Source: Paraspadella gotoi
Lineage: Eukaryota > Animalia > Chaetognatha
Length of the DNA: 64,000 nucleotides
NCBI GenBank assembly: GCA_051294375.1
Contig: CM119264.1
Span: 6,059,621 to 6,123,620 of the forward strand
Reading direction: 5' to 3'
Part shown: one piece after another, positions 1 to 14,700 of the stretch
Layout: every line of letters begins with the position of its first letter
Position numbering within the stretch: position 1 is the first letter of the stretch
The notes under the pieces: generated by a model
Told to the model about the DNA's origin: nothing
The model's database searches: none
What the model saw: the letters and a program-made list of their open reading frames with translations, nothing else
Position numbers and translations under genes: made by a program

Positions 1-106
1 TCTTCTCTCTCTTCTCTCTCTCTTCTCTCTTCTCTCTCTCCCCTCTCCTCCCCTCGTCTTATCCCTAATCTATTGTCTTTTATTTTACTCTTTTAAAAAC
101 CCCGGT

Positions 107-279
107 CTATGCGGCTCTGGCGCTATGGTGCCGTCCATTATCGCTGCGGAGGTAGGGATTCTCGTAAAAATCCTTGGGATATTCATTCCTCCGGAAGGAA
201 TCCGCTGCCAACGTCTCTTCAGGGCCTTTTTTAATCTGGGTAAGTTATCGTCGCTATTTTACGTTTGCGTTGAAATTCG
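107..279 (-). CDS. Possible terminal exon of an unknown gene (...DSFRRNEYPKDFYENPYLRSDNGRHHSARAA*); duplicate at about 11828-11997
   Basis: ctgcag acceptor. Merging the two indel-containing copies gives one open frame ending in TAG. Other GC-rich, frameshifted coding-like stretches lie at about 2.8 kb and 4.1-4.9 kb. Confidence 0.35.
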
Positions 280-637
280 CTGCAGAGTATATGATAAGGA
301 AGAGGAATGCAAAGAAATATTTTACTCTTCCTTTTTTAGTAAGCATTCCCTCCGTAAAGAAAAGCAAGCTCCAGGAATATTTACTCACTATATAATATAT
401 ATATATATATAATAATCATCTATAGATGTATTATTATTAAATCGACGGCTCGACTCAAATGGCTGATAATATTTTTACTCTCGAAAAATATTGACGTTGT
501 CTCTCATTCATTTACGTCGCACTTAAGTTTTTAAGTTAACATAGTTACCCTACAATTACTGGCAATTGTATTTTCGTACTTTCGAAACTTCGAAGCCATT
601 AATAGTTATCTTCTGATTTCTTTTCCCCTTTCTTTAG

Positions 638-1900
638 GGTCGGATCTGCTTATCCAGCAAGATCCGACCTCTATAACTCACTCTTTTCGGTCCGTCGGTC
701 CCGCCCCTCAATTATTGTCGCGGGCACACACTTATATAACTGTCAGAAACATCGAATTATGATAAAATATATTGAACAAAAAATGATGTCCGTCCCGTCC
801 CGTCTGTCATGTCTGTCCGTCCGTCCGTCGTCCGTCCGTCCCGCGCGTGCCGTCCGGTCCGTCCGTCGCGTCCGTCCGTCCGTCCGTCGTCCGTCCGTCG
901 TCCGTCCGTTCCTCCGTCCGCTCCGTCCCGTCCGTTCCCAACCTTAGCAAAAAAACACACCAAGTTACTCGTGATTGGATGGCATGGATTTTGAATGAAT
1001 TTTGTGGTGAGGATAAGGTAAGTGTGTGATTGGAGCGGATATGAAGTTTCGATGGAATCGTCCGAGTGGAAATGAGTTTAAAATGGAAAAAACAAAAAAA
1101 ATATATTCACTATTTTGAACACCAATTGCTCATGAGTGGATTGGGCTTGAATTGACCTGGAATTTGTATGTGGGTAGGGAAAGTGTGTGATTGAACAGGA
1201 AATCAAGTTTCGATGGAATAGTTTGAGTGGGAAATGAGGTTTAAATGGAAAAAAACAAAAAACCTGTTTTACTATTGATTATGCTTCTTTTTCCTTTTTA
1301 TATTAAATGTATATGCAGGAATGTCATTAATAATCAAATAATTAATCAGTTTAATTAAATCAATTAGTAATTAAATTAACACAATAATTAATATAATTAG
1401 TCAATCATCCGTCCATCCGTCTTAATCTTAGCAAAAAGCGTCCAAATAACTCGTGAATTGGCTGGTTGGATTGGAATAATTTTGTGTGTGAGTAAGGAAA
1501 GTGTGTGGATAAAGCTGGATATAAGTTTCGATGGAATCGTGTGAGTGGAAATTAGTTTTAATGGAAAAACATAAGTCGGAATTTACTAAAATCTCTTTTA
1601 CTTATTTTAACCAATAAATACTCTGATTAAATCCTAATTGGATGGATAGATTGGAATGAAAATTTTGGTGTGTGGGTTAGGAAAATGTGTGACGAAGGCT
1701 TGATTAAGTTTCAGTGGAAACGTACGCAGTGGAAACTGAGTCCTCTAACCATGAAAACATATCGACGTCACCATTACTTGAATCTTTTTATTTATTTTAA
1801 CGCGCATGATAGATTGAGATGAAAATTTTGTGGCCAGTAGGAAAGTGAGTGAAGAAGCTAGATATAAAGTTTTGACGGAATGCAAGTTGAAAAAATGATT
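638..1900. mobile_element. Putative Helentron-associated (HINE/DINE-1/pearl-like) element; second copy at about 12358-13600
   Basis: Hairpin gtcggatctgc-ttatcca-gcagatccgac, then a (CGTC)n microsatellite (788-935), then about five degenerate ~160-bp tandem units (aagtgtgtga...aagtttcgatggaatcgt..gagtggaaa near 1020, 1181, 1499, 1684, 1843). Confidence 0.5.
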
Positions 1901-2451
1901 GCAAGTTGAAAAATGATGCAAGTTAAAAACAAATCTTTAAAAAAGAATAAGGGATCGTCGCCTATTTGCATAAAAGAGAGAGAGAGAGAGAGAAAGAGAG
2001 AGTGAGAGAGGAGACGAGTGAGAGATGAGAGAGAAGAGAGTGAGATGAGTAGAGAGAGAGTGAGGAGAGAGAAGAGAGGAAGGAGACATAAAATAAAAAA
2101 ATCTTAAAAAGACTCCCAAGACGAGCAGAAGCGCCATTATCAAGAAAATTAAATGAAAAACCCGGGAAAAAACGAAATGAAATCATGCGATTAACGACAA
2201 TTATTGATCGTAATAGTAATTGATTAAGGTAATACCTAATTGATTGATGTATAGTAATTATATTGAATGTAATTAGGATTGATTTATTGAATTCCCGGAT
2301 TGAAATTAATCAATTATTTGATTCGATGATAGTCCATTCACTGCTGTGTGATAGTCCATCTCCAGCATTGATGCGATGATTGTCATCATTGATGCGATGA
2401 TAGCAAATAAAACAAAAAAAAGTGCGTGTATGAGTGAAAGAGAGAGAGAGA

Positions 2452-2487
<36 letters not shown>

Positions 2488-2955
2488 AGAAAGAAAAGAG
2501 AATAATCCACGAAAATCTCGGATGAAAATATGGGATTTTGTAATTGGAAAAAAAGCGCGGAATAAATGGTAATAATAAAGAATTTTTAGAAAGGAAAAAT
2601 AATCAGAATTTTTCAAAAAACAAACGATCACGCAAGAGATCGAACAGAAGAGGGACAGACAAGCACACAGAGAGAAAAAGAGAGAGAGGACAGGCCGCTG
2701 CAGAGAAAAAGAGAGCAGAGAAAGAGCGATATATAATATTAAAAAGAGAGAAGAAAAGAGAGAAGCTCTATCAGCCCCTTTACTCCGTTAAAGGAATCAG
2801 ATAGTACCGGCTTGGCGCTGGGACGTAGCGTGAGCTTTTCCTGCCTACCCAAGAGGACCCGGGTTTCGCAAACCCTTTCCGCGGCATCTGTTTTTTACAT
2901 TAGTGAAGCCGCAAACATTATATCTAAAATGTTTTTTGTAAAAGAAAAAAAAGAG

Positions 2956-2994
<39 letters not shown>

Positions 2995-3464
2995 AGCTTG
3001 AAGAGAGAATCAGAAGAAGCAGTGACGGAGAAAGAGAGCAGAGAGAGAGGCGACATATATTTAAAGAAGAAGAGAGAGAGAGAGCGAACATATAATTAAA
3101 ACGTTTTTGTTTTGTAAATAAAACATAAACAAATACGAATATTGATATGAAAACATGAGAATTTTAAAGATTCTTGACCTTAGAAGCCCATTAATGAAAA
3201 TTTCAACTCCCTTTGATATCACCACTTCCTCAGAAGCCATGAATTGCAAAAAGCGCGTGACCAAAGCTAAACCGAATCAAATCCGATAATAGAGGATATT
3301 TGTTTGTTTTTGATAAATGTTAACAAAACATTTAATAACTGTCGCTGAACTCAATTTTAAGGACATGCGATGAGGACAAGCTGAATATAAAATTATAAAT
3401 TAATTATTATAAAATTAATTAATTAATCTATTAATAAATTAATTAATCTATTAATTAATTAATT

Positions 3465-3870
3465 ATCGTAGGCAGATCCGACATTGTTTGCTAAACGTTG
3501 TTTTTACCGTCTAACTCGCATCAAGTCACTTTAACGGTCTGTCTGTCGGTCGGTATGTCTGTCCGTTTTGGTCTGTCCCAACTTAAGTTAAAAATGCATA
3601 TAATTTGCTTATAGTTGATTGCACATTTGTTAAGCCAAAAAAAAACCACTCAAACCTATGGACTGGCGTGCTAGCGCTGGCCTCAGGAATTCCTAAAACT
3701 ATAAGGAATAAAATACCGGAATTTGTTGCAGTACATGTCATTGAATACATGGGAAAGTTTTTAGTCAATGTTCACGTCAATGTCAATGTCATTTTCTGTG
3801 ATAAAAGGGAAATACACGTGGATATAAGTCCGCTGCGGCGCAACACCATTGGAATACCGTTCTTATTATC
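3465..3870 (+). repeat. Dispersed repeat family with GTCY-type microsatellite; related copies at about 28820-29052, 38545-38640 (partial), 24660-24720 (inverted, partial) and 15085-15485
   Basis: Shared blocks: taggcagatcc.acattgtttgct, gtctgtcggtcggtatgtctgtcc, aaaatgc..ataa.tt.c.tatagttg.ttgc.catttgttaa, aaaactataa.gaataaa, ctgcgg.gcaa.ac.attgga. Confidence 0.7.
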
Positions 3871-5810
3871 TTTTTCTTTATTCCCTCTTTACCCCAACTG
3901 CTCGACATCTGCGGTGTTTATTGGAAACTTTGGGCGCCGTCGGAAGGCGGTCGCCGGGGGCTAGTAAGAGCCAGGGGGGGGGGTGGTGTGAGCGCCGTCA
4001 AATCGCGTATTTGATTCGAGTGCACTTTCATTTTTAAAAGTCGAGGCTCACTATGTACATGTACGTACATGGAACATGTCATTGTACGTACATTGTCCAC
4101 ATTCATTTTCTTCCTCGTCTGGAGACTCTGCCTTTGGAGGTTTCAAAGGTCAACCGCCGATCAATCCGTCCTGCATTTACATACTAACTCTAATACAATC
4201 TAACCGATGATCCAACACCACATTCGTCCAGCACCACAACGAGTCATGAACTATGAAGATCTCAATCAGGACATAAACAATTCCCCGTTCCTTGACTCGG
4301 AACAATTCGCTTTTGATCGCCCCAAAACACTTGCGAAAGTGTACACTCACTCAACGTTACCCTTTTTCACCCGACACGAACCTCGCGCATTCGCCTTTTG
4401 GCTCCCCCCTTAACGTGCCCCCCCATTCTCTCCGACTCAGGACGATCAACATATGTCCCATCACCTATTTTACCATTTGCCCTGTTCCCCCCCCGTGATC
4501 CCCCCGGACTGCTATCCCCCCCCTTCATTTTCCACAGCAGGCAGCCATCGATTCGTCGCCTAGCGCACTTTTCCCTATCAACTCTCTCGGTCGTGTTGCG
4601 GCGGCGAAAGCAGTATTCGTCGTTGATGACACTGATTAGACTCTCCGAGTGGGCAAGAAAGACGGGCGGTGACGCGCTATGGACGTGCGGATACGACGGA
4701 GTCTGCCGCGTGACGAGATCGGTCTGACGTGTCGTCTTGTCATGCGGCGGCGGGGTCGACTGAGCGCCCAGAACAGATCCGACGCCACGCACAGACGTTG
4801 GTGAACGGTGAGTACCACGCGGCCGTTCCCAAAGGTCGATTTCGACATGGGGAAGCGATGCAATGCTTCCGAACGTGGCGAGGTCTCGCCGGAGCCGTTT
4901 ACCGCGGCAATTTAATTCGTGCGACGGATAATGGGAAAGAACGGACGATTAATATCGCGATACATCGTTAATAATTCGTATATAGTCGTTATATCCGGGT
5001 TTTTTTTTACTATGATGTGCCGGTGGCGGGATCGAAGTCCTGCGAAGGTTGAAACATTAATCCTCCCGAATAGTAACACCATCTGAAGTCGTTCGTTCAC
5101 GGAATGTTATTTAACGATTGGTTTCTTCTTTTTTTTTAAGTCAGCGGCCGTGATCTTTCTTCGCAAGGACCGGAGAAAAAACCAAGACGAGCCTGGACGA
5201 AGGATATAACTGCTAATATCGTATTCTTAAGAAACCAATTTAAAAAAAAGGGAAAAAAAGAACCATTTTGTTTTTTCGCACGAAATTCCGTTGACGGTGG
5301 TCATGTAACGACCACTTGGATCCATTGGTCGGGTCAAGGGTCCAAAATCGATAAAATCGGGGTCGAAAAGAGGTCTTCGTCGGGTCGAAGGTCAAATGGA
5401 ATTTCCGTCGAATCGGGGTTGAGAAACGTCTATCTAGGGTAGAGGGTTTCATACGCGAGGAAAGGAATGCTTACGGGGAAAAAAAAGGGGAATGTGCTGA
5501 AAGGTAAGGAAATGCGCTGAAAAGGGGGAGGAGCCGAGGTGATGAAATGAAGCAACTCAATGAAAAATTAATTAAAGACGCAGGTTCACCGAAAGTAGAA
5601 TCTTTCGGTCACCGACCCCCGTTGTTTAACTCACAGACCAAAAATGCTGCTTGCTTGCTTTTCTTTATTTATTTATTGCATACTGACCCGGACTAATCCG
5701 CCTTATTTGTCTGTCAGTCGAAAAAAACCTGAACTAAGTCCCGTTGCAAACGTAAATCTAAGCCACCCGCAAACAGAGACGAAAAAGCAAGAAAAAAGCT
5801 TAAAGAGAGA

Positions 5811-5856
<46 letters not shown>

Positions 5857-6006
5857 AGAGGACGAGAGAGAACGAGAGAATCGTAATAGTTTTTATGGTT
5901 TTGCCAAAAAGTGTTTTTCCGTTTTCTTTTTTTTTACTTGAAGCCGATTTTCTTATCGAACGGATTTGCCATACGGATGGGTTTATTCTTCAGAGAGAAT
6001 GGGACA

Positions 6007-6037
<31 letters not shown>

Positions 6038-6243
6038 TAGAGAGAGAAGAGAAGAGAGAGAAGAGAAGAGAGAAAAGAGAGAGAGAGAAGACCCAAGATC
6101 AGCACAGACAGACTGGTAGAAGGAAATGGCGAGCAGAAATATAGAAAAAAAAAATTAATTGCTGACTCTTGCGTCTTCATTGACTCCACCCCGGAAGAGT
6201 CATTTTTTGGGAGGTGCTCTGAATCATGAGAGGAAGAGAGAGA

Positions 6244-6280
<37 letters not shown>

Positions 6281-8662
6281 AAAAATTTGAATATTGTGAA
6301 CATTTATCTGAGTGGGGCTTTTAGGCACGTAACTTAGACCCTTAAAAGCGACCTTAGATAACTCTGATGTGGAGTTTTTAAGATATTAAAAAACGTTTTA
6401 AACTGGTTAAACTTTGGTAGAAAGTAAACGGCTTGAGTACTTAAGAGCTATTTTGGACATCTTATAACATACTTGCTATCTAATTAAAGATTTAAAGGGT
6501 AAAAACAATGATTTATGAAACCTTTCCAATTTGAAATTTATGCAGAAGTCTTTTCTTTTCCAGAGAGAGAGAGGGAGAGCTGAGTAAAAATCAAAGCTTT
6601 TCTCTTACCGATTTGAATATGCCACTGTTGGCATTCAAGAGGAACAGTTATTGGGACCATAGTATTAGAGCTATTTCGTTTGTTTTTTAAAAATCCTGCT
6701 TGCGTTCACAATCTTCTTTTCTCTGTTGACGCTCTCCCTAAATCCTTCGCGGAGTTAGTATGTGTTATAATTTGTACACATTTTAGTGATAAATTTTATC
6801 ATTATATTTTTATTGGTTTTCTCCTTTGTCATCAATGGAGAAAAGCATCGAAACGTGCTGAAGTCGTTCCATCAAGCATATGTATGTGGCAAGTTTCACT
6901 TGCCGCAACCCATTTACCACTCAAGAAAATGCGAATATGAATCGCGGATGAAAATAATGAGTATGATCGACACTCTCGTCGCAACTGGTCACTTTTCACT
7001 CTGGCCGTACAATCGCACTCGCCGCCCTCAAATAACGCCACCACGCCTAATGGTCGCTTTTATAAGCGACAGTGGATGTCAGGCGACGCCTAGCGGGCCA
7101 TTTTCAATAACGGACGGGTTTTTATCTCGTCGCAGGAGTCCGAGAGCTCCCTTGTCGTTGTTGTCGTCATCATTTCGCATCGTCATTATTGTAATTTTGT
7201 TGAAATTCGACAGATCGTCATCCATCATTGCATTAAGTCAATTGTAATGTCATTAAGCATTGTCCTTCTGCTTTACACGTTAATATTATTAGCCATCCCC
7301 TCATTGACGACTCCGTCGTCTTCAGCATCAGCGTCGTCGTCCGTTGTCGTCGTCGTAAAAGATGGAGTAGAATCGCGCCGATGGAAAGACCTTCTTTCCG
7401 TCCATCGACTGCGACGATTCGAAGTGGTCGAACATCAAATATTTCTGTTCCATGACTTCGAACAATCGATTTCCGTTCTTTTCGTGGATGCCGAAGATCA
7501 TTTTTGAACTCATTTTAGTAAAAGCTCAAAGCAATCTCTCTTCTCTCGTCTCTCTCTCTCTCTCTCTCTCTCCTCGCCTCTCTCTCTCTCTTCTCTCGTC
7601 TCATCGATCAGTCCTCACTCTCTCTCTCTCTCGTCTCTTTTCTCCAAAATCCACTGTATGTGAATGCTATGAAAATAAAAAATTAAACAGAGGCGCCTAG
7701 AGCCACTTGTTGGTTTTGATAAAGGATTTATTGTTCTAAAACCATGCGGTCANNNNNNNNNNNNNNNNNNNNNNNNNAGCAAAGAAATAATTTACTCTTC
7801 CTTTTTAGTACGATTCCTCCGTAAAAGAAGCAAGCTCACGAAATATTTACTCACTATATCTATATATATATATATAATAATACATCTATAGATGTATTAT
7901 NNNNNNNNNNNNNNNNNNNNNNNNNNNNNNNNNNNNNNNNNNNNNNNNNNNNNNNNNNNNNNNNNNNNNNNNNNNNNNNNNNNNNNNNNNNNNNNNNNNN
8001 NNNNNNNNNNNNNNNNNNNNNNNNNNNNNNNNNNNNNNNNTGATAATTATTTTTACTCTCGAAAAATATTGACCGTTGTCACTCATTCATTTACGTCGCA
8101 CTTAAGTTTTTAAGTTAACAGGGGCAAGATAGCTTATTTATTAAATGAATGGATAAAGTTGTATAGTCGAAGAATGTTTCAATTGTATGAAAAGACCACT
8201 CCCTTACAGTATTAGATCGCGGGAATACTTATTGTATACTCCGCACTAGCATCCAAAATACAGGAGCTGAATTTTTCATTGAATGAAAAAAAATATATAG
8301 CGTGTCATATCATAACTCATATTTTCTATTTTTCATAATTCATCGTCGATGATTTCATCGGTTCAGTCGTCATTGAACAAACAATATATTAATCTGATTT
8401 GAATCCGTTACTGATTATCTTCTTTTATCTCTTCTCTTTGTTTAATATTCTGTTTATTTTGCTTTGTATTATTTATGGGGAACGAAAGGTAAATTATACA
8501 AGAAAGGAAAACTTATCGACTGGTTTGATGGCGGGAAACAAAATGGGCAAATTATGGAATGGTGAGGGTTAGAAGGTCATTCCAATGACAAGGAGACAAT
8601 GAAGCGACAGAGAGAGAAAAAAGGGAGAGAGAGAGAGGGGGGAGCTAGAGAGAGAGAGAGAC

Positions 8663-8724
<62 letters not shown>

Positions 8725-10606
8725 AAGACCGGCGTCATATTTCGTACGATATGCCGTTGTTAAAACAGAGAGACAGAGACATCAACCAAGCGACATTGCT
8801 CCCACAAATAAATTTTTTCATGCTAATGAGAATAACAACGACGACGACGACGACGACGACGACGACGTCTCGAGTCGCGTCACCGTTTGACGTCCGATTC
8901 TCTTTCAACCATTGACCGCGTTCCGTCTAATGATCTCGCGGTCGTCGCCTCCGAAAAAAATATGAGAGATTTTCAATTCAACTTCTCTCAATTCTGTGCG
9001 ACGCAACTTCTTACTTTTCGCGCCTTCCCGTCGTCTATGCTGGCGTCGTCGTCGTCGTCGTCGGCGTTAAGAAGCGTCGTCGTCGTCGTCGTCGTTCTCT
9101 CTCGTCCTACTCGTAGCGCCCCCTCGTCCCCGCGCTCCCCGCGCCCAGGATTCGTTCGGTTGGCGAAAGAAAACAAAGACAAGAGAAATGGTTTCCCTTT
9201 TCTTCCGAATCTGTTACGACTTTTGCGCTCTCAGTTTTATCTAAAACTTTTTCATAATAAATTAGTTTCGAATGCGGTTTTTCGTCATGACGTCTCGGAA
9301 AAACAACTTAACAAGAAACAGCAATAAATTTTTAAAAAATGTGATTTAAAATATAGATTTTTCATCTTTTGGAAATAGAAGAAAAAGGAAATATTTTAAT
9401 CTCTCGCGGGTGAGTCTTTTTATCATCTCGATAGAATTATCTTTGGCTGCGTCATTATTGTCATTAATGTCATCACCATCAGGGTCACGTCCGACGAAAA
9501 AAAAAAGTTAAATTAAGTCCATCGCAGGATCGCAGGAATAAAACATTAAGAGCTCTTTCATAAAAACAAAATGATTTTAGTTATTCTTATTCTACAAAAT
9601 TGCGTGGAATGCAAACTTTTAAGCTTTACATACTTCTCTTTCCTTTCTTATTCTTTTCCTCTTTTCTCTTTTCCTCATCGCTTATTTTTTTTATGTTCTC
9701 CTTTTCTTTTTCTTCTTTTCTCCTTTTCTCCCCCTTCGATTTTTTTAATTTTCCCTTTCCCCGTACTATTTCTTCATCTCGGAATAAGATTCCATTAATC
9801 CCGCTTCGATCCGCGCCTGGGGCCGGTTCCATCTCCCGCCATTCCGGTTCCATCAGTCACCCTCGGCCTCGGCCGAGTTAATCGTCGTCGACCGCGAGAG
9901 ACGAGAGACATCGTCACCGCACCTCCTTCCGTCATTCGTCAACGTCACGCCTTTTCGAAGCGTGACAGTTTCGTACTGTATTACGTAGTCACGGGTTCCA
10001 TGCGATTAGGAAGAGATGAGCTTCGATGAGTGAAGCGCGGGAACGGGAAAGTCGAATCACAGAGTGAATTTTCTTCTGTAAAAATTCGAGAGAAAAATAA
10101 CTGATCATATATGTTATTATGTATTATTAACATATTTGCAGAAACTGCAGTGCCGATAAAGAACGATTACATTTTTAAAGAAATAACGAGATAGTAAATA
10201 TAAGTTTGTTTACAATATTCAATTTGTACTAATATGGTATAGCTTCCCGGGACCATAGCCTCTCAACTTCTCAGTCAACTTTACTTAATTATCTTGTTGT
10301 CCTTCTTCAAGCAAAGGTTGTGTGAAAAAAAATTCCCTCTAGTAAAGTCTCGCCCGAGAAAGAAATACATATTTTATGTCTTTCGTTCCGCCTTCCGGAA
10401 TCCCAGAGTGCCGGAGTGCCGGATGGGAGCCCAAGAAAAATGTTAAATATATAACAACCATTTTTTTTTTACTTCGCGTCGAAAGAAAAACACAAAGGGA
10501 AAAGAGAGAGGAGAGAGGAAGAGAAGCAGAGAGAGAGAGAGAGATAGAATCGAGGAGGAGAGAGGAGAGAGAGACGAGAGAAGAGAGAGGCGAGAGGAGA
10601 GAGGAG

Positions 10607-10637
<31 letters not shown>

Positions 10638-11462
10638 GAAAATAGATTTAGAAAACTTGCAATCATCCGATGCTTCGCCTCAAGAATCGGAGATAATAAA
10701 AGAACAAAAGGCGTTCGAATCTCATATTAAGTTTTACGATTTCTTTCGCTAGGGTTAGAATTTCTCGCCAAAAATGGTAATCTTGAAAGCAGTTTTCCCG
10801 TTGTAGTAGTAGTAGTAAATAGTATAGTAGTATGTGAGTAGTAGTAGTCGTTATACGTAGTAATACAAAGTGGTCTTCATAGAAAGTTTTTGATCTTAGT
10901 AGTTCTGAACAGCAGATCAACACACAAAAAAAATAAACCAAAAAAAAAAGAAACAAAATTAAACCACGAATTTTTTCTTTTAATGTATGATTTAGTAAGA
11001 TCCTCGGAGTCACGAAATTATCAAAGGTTCTGACTGTTACTATTTCGTCCCGTTATCGTTTTTTGTCGTCATTTTGTAATTTTTGAATTTGATTATTCGG
11101 ACAAATGTCGTCTTTTCTTAGATATGCGGCGAGGGAGAGACATGACACGCACCACCACTGCGCACTTCAACTTTCTGGTTTTTCACCAGAACTAATTGCT
11201 CATTTGTTTACGATTCTCATCTACAGTTTTTGGCAATTGAAATGTTCACTCCACAATCTACATCAGGCCACATCCTCACGGTCACGATGCTCACAACCTC
11301 AGTCTTCGTAATGACCACATTTTTCATGATGCCCACGTTATCCTCTGGACGCTTTCACCTTTCAGCCCGAGTCACGCCCGTTGCGATCCCCTCGCCCACC
11401 TTCCTTTTCCTAAAATAAATCTCATCCTTTTGTGTTCTTGTCTTTCTCTCTCTCTCTCTCTA

Positions 11463-11509
<47 letters not shown>

Positions 11510-11691
11510 TCTCTCTCTCACAACTGCGACATTCACAAAAATCCAAATTTCACTGAGGACGATTTTGATATTCCGACCCGTTCACTCTCGCATTTTCTCG
11601 GTTTTCTTCTCTTCTTCGGCTTCAGCCCATAATCCCTGGAACTTTTAGAAACACCTGTAATTCTCTCTCTCTCTCTCTCTCTCTCCTCTCT

Positions 11692-11719
<28 letters not shown>

Positions 11720-11753
<34 letters not shown>

Positions 11754-14700
11754 CTCTCTCTCTCTCCCCTCCCCTCGCTCTTATCCCTAATCTATTGTCT
11801 TTTATTTTACTCCTTTTAAACCGCAGTCTATGCGGCTCTGGCGCTATGGTGCCGTCCATTATCGCTGCGGAGGTAGGGATTCTCGTTAAAAATCCTTGGG
11901 ATATTCATTCTCCGGAAGGAATCCGCTGCCAACGTCTCTTCAGGGCCTTTTTTATCTGGGTAATTATCGTCGCTATTTACGTTTGCGTTGAAATTCGCTG
12001 CAGAATATGATAAGAAAGGAATAGCAAAGAAATAATTTACTCTTCCTTTTTTAGTAAGATTCCCTCGTAAAAGAAGCAAGCTCACGAAATATTTACTCCC
12101 TAACTATATATATATATATATATATAATAATACATCTATAGATGTATTATTATAAATCGACGGCTCGCTCAAATGGCTGATAATTATTTTTACTCTCGAA
12201 AAATATTGACCGTTTGTCTCTCATTCATTTACGTCGCACTTAAGTTTTTTAAGTTAACATAGTTACCCTACAAATTACTGCAATTGTATTTTTCGTAGTT
12301 TCGAACTTCGAACACATTAAAAGTTATTCTTCTTGGAGTTTCTTTTCCCCCTTCTTTAGTCGGATCTGCTTATCCAGCAGATCCGACTCTATAACTCACT
12401 CTTTTCGGTCCGTCGGTCCGCGCGCCCTCAATATTGTCGGGCACACACTTATATAATGTCAGAACATCGGAATTATGATAAATTATGCAAAAAAATGATC
12501 TGTCCGTCGTCCGTCTGTCCTCGTGCCGTCGTCCGTCCGTCCGTCGCGTCCGTCCGTAGTTCCGTCCGCCCGCCCGCGTCCTCCGTGTCGTCCGTCCGTC
12601 CGTCCGCTCCGTCCGTCCGTCCCACCTTAGCAAAAAACACACCAATGTACTCGTGATTGAGGATGGATTTTTTAATGAAAATTTTGTGTGAGGATAGGTA
12701 AGTGATGTGATTTGAGCCGGATATGAAGTTTCGATGGAATCGTGCCGAGTGGAAATGAGTTTTTAAATGGAAAAACAAAAAAATAATTCACTATTGAACA
12801 CCAATTGCTCAATGAGTGGATGAGGCCTTGATTGACCTGCGAATTTTGTATGTGGGTAGGAAAGTGTGTGATTGGAACAGGGAAATCAAGTTCGATGGAT
12901 AGTTTGCAGTTGAGAAATGAGTTTAAATGGAAAAAAAACAAAAAACCTGTTTTCTAATTGATTATGCTCTTTTCCTTTTATATTAAATGTATATGCAGGA
13001 ATGTATTAAATAAATCAATAATTAATAGCTATATTAAATCAATTAGTAAATATAAATTCACATCAAATAATTAAATATAATTAGTCAACATATCCGTCCT
13101 CCGTCTAATCTTAGCAAAAAGCGTCCAATGAACTCGTGATTTGGCTGGTTGGAATTGGAAATAAATTTTGTGTGTGAGTAAGGAAAGTGTGTGGATAAAG
13201 CTGGAGTATAAAGTTCGATGGAATCGTGCTCGTGAGTGGAAATTAGTTTAGGAAAAAAACATAAGTCGAATTTACTAAAATCCTTTTACTTATTTACCAA
13301 TAAATACTCTGATTAATCTATAATGTGGATGGATACGATTGAGATGAAAATTTTGGTGTGTGGGTTAGGAAAATGTGGTGACGAAGCTTGATATAGTTTC
13401 AGTGGAAACGTACCAGTGGAAAATGATCTCTAACCATGAAAACCATCATGCAGTCACATTTTACTTGAATCTTTATTTATTTATTTTAACGCGCTATGAT
13501 AGAATTGAATGAAATTTTGTGTGCCAAGTAGGAAAGTGAGTGAAGAAGCCTAGATATAAAGTTTTGGACGGAATGCCAAGTTGAAAAATGATTGCAAGTT
13601 GAAAAATGATGGCAAAGTTAAAACAAATCTGTAAAAGCATAAGGGATCGTCGCCTATTGCATAAAAAGAGAGAGAGAGAGAGAGAAAGAGAGAGTGAGAA
13701 GAGAAGAGTGAGAGAGTGAGAGAGAAGAGAGGAGTGAGATGAGAGAGAGTGAGGCAGAGGAGAGAGAGAAGGGAGACATAAAATAAAAAAAATCTAAAAA
13801 CGTCAAAGATCGAGCCAGAGCCCCTATCAAAGAAAATTAATGAAAAAACCCGGGAAAAAAACGAATGAAATCAGCGATACACGAATTATGATGTAATAGT
13901 AATTGATTAAGGTAATACTAATTGATGATGTAAATAGTAATTTATTGATGTATAGGATTGTTATTGATTCCGATGATAAATTCAATTATTTGATTCGATG
14001 ATAGTCTCATTCACTGCTGTGGTGATAGTCATTCCACTGATGCGATGATTGTCATCATTGATGCGATGATAGCAATAAAACAAAAAAATGCGTGTATGAG
14101 TGAAGAGAAGAGAGGAGAGAGGAGAGAGAGAAGAAGAGGAGAGAGAGAGATAAGAAAGAGAATAAATCCACGAAAATCTCGGATGAAAATATGGGATTTT
14201 GTATTGAAAAAAAGCGCGTGAATAAATGGCGTAATAATAAAAATTTTACGAAGGAAAAAAATAATCATGAATTTTTCAAAAAACAAACGATCACGCAAGA
14301 GATCGGACAGAGAGGGACAGACACACACAGAGAGAAAAAGAGAGAGAGACAGCCGCTGCAGAGAAAAAGAGAGAGAGAAAGAGCGATAATTAATAATTAA
14401 AAGAGAGAAGAAAAGAGAAAGCTCTACGAGCCCCTTTACTCGGTTAAAGAATCAAGCAGTACCCAATGCGCTGGACGTGAGCGTGAGCTTTTCTCTACCC
14501 AAGAGCGTACCGGGTTTCGCAAACCCTTTCGCGGGCACAGTTTTTTTCATTAGTAGCCACATATATCTAAATTTTTTGTAAAAGAAAAAAAAGAAGGAGG
14601 AAGAGAGAGAGAGAGAGAGAGACGGAGAGAAAGAAGCTGAGAGAGGGAAATCAGAGAAGCAGTGACGGAGAAAAAGAGAGAGGAGAGAGAGAGCGACATA

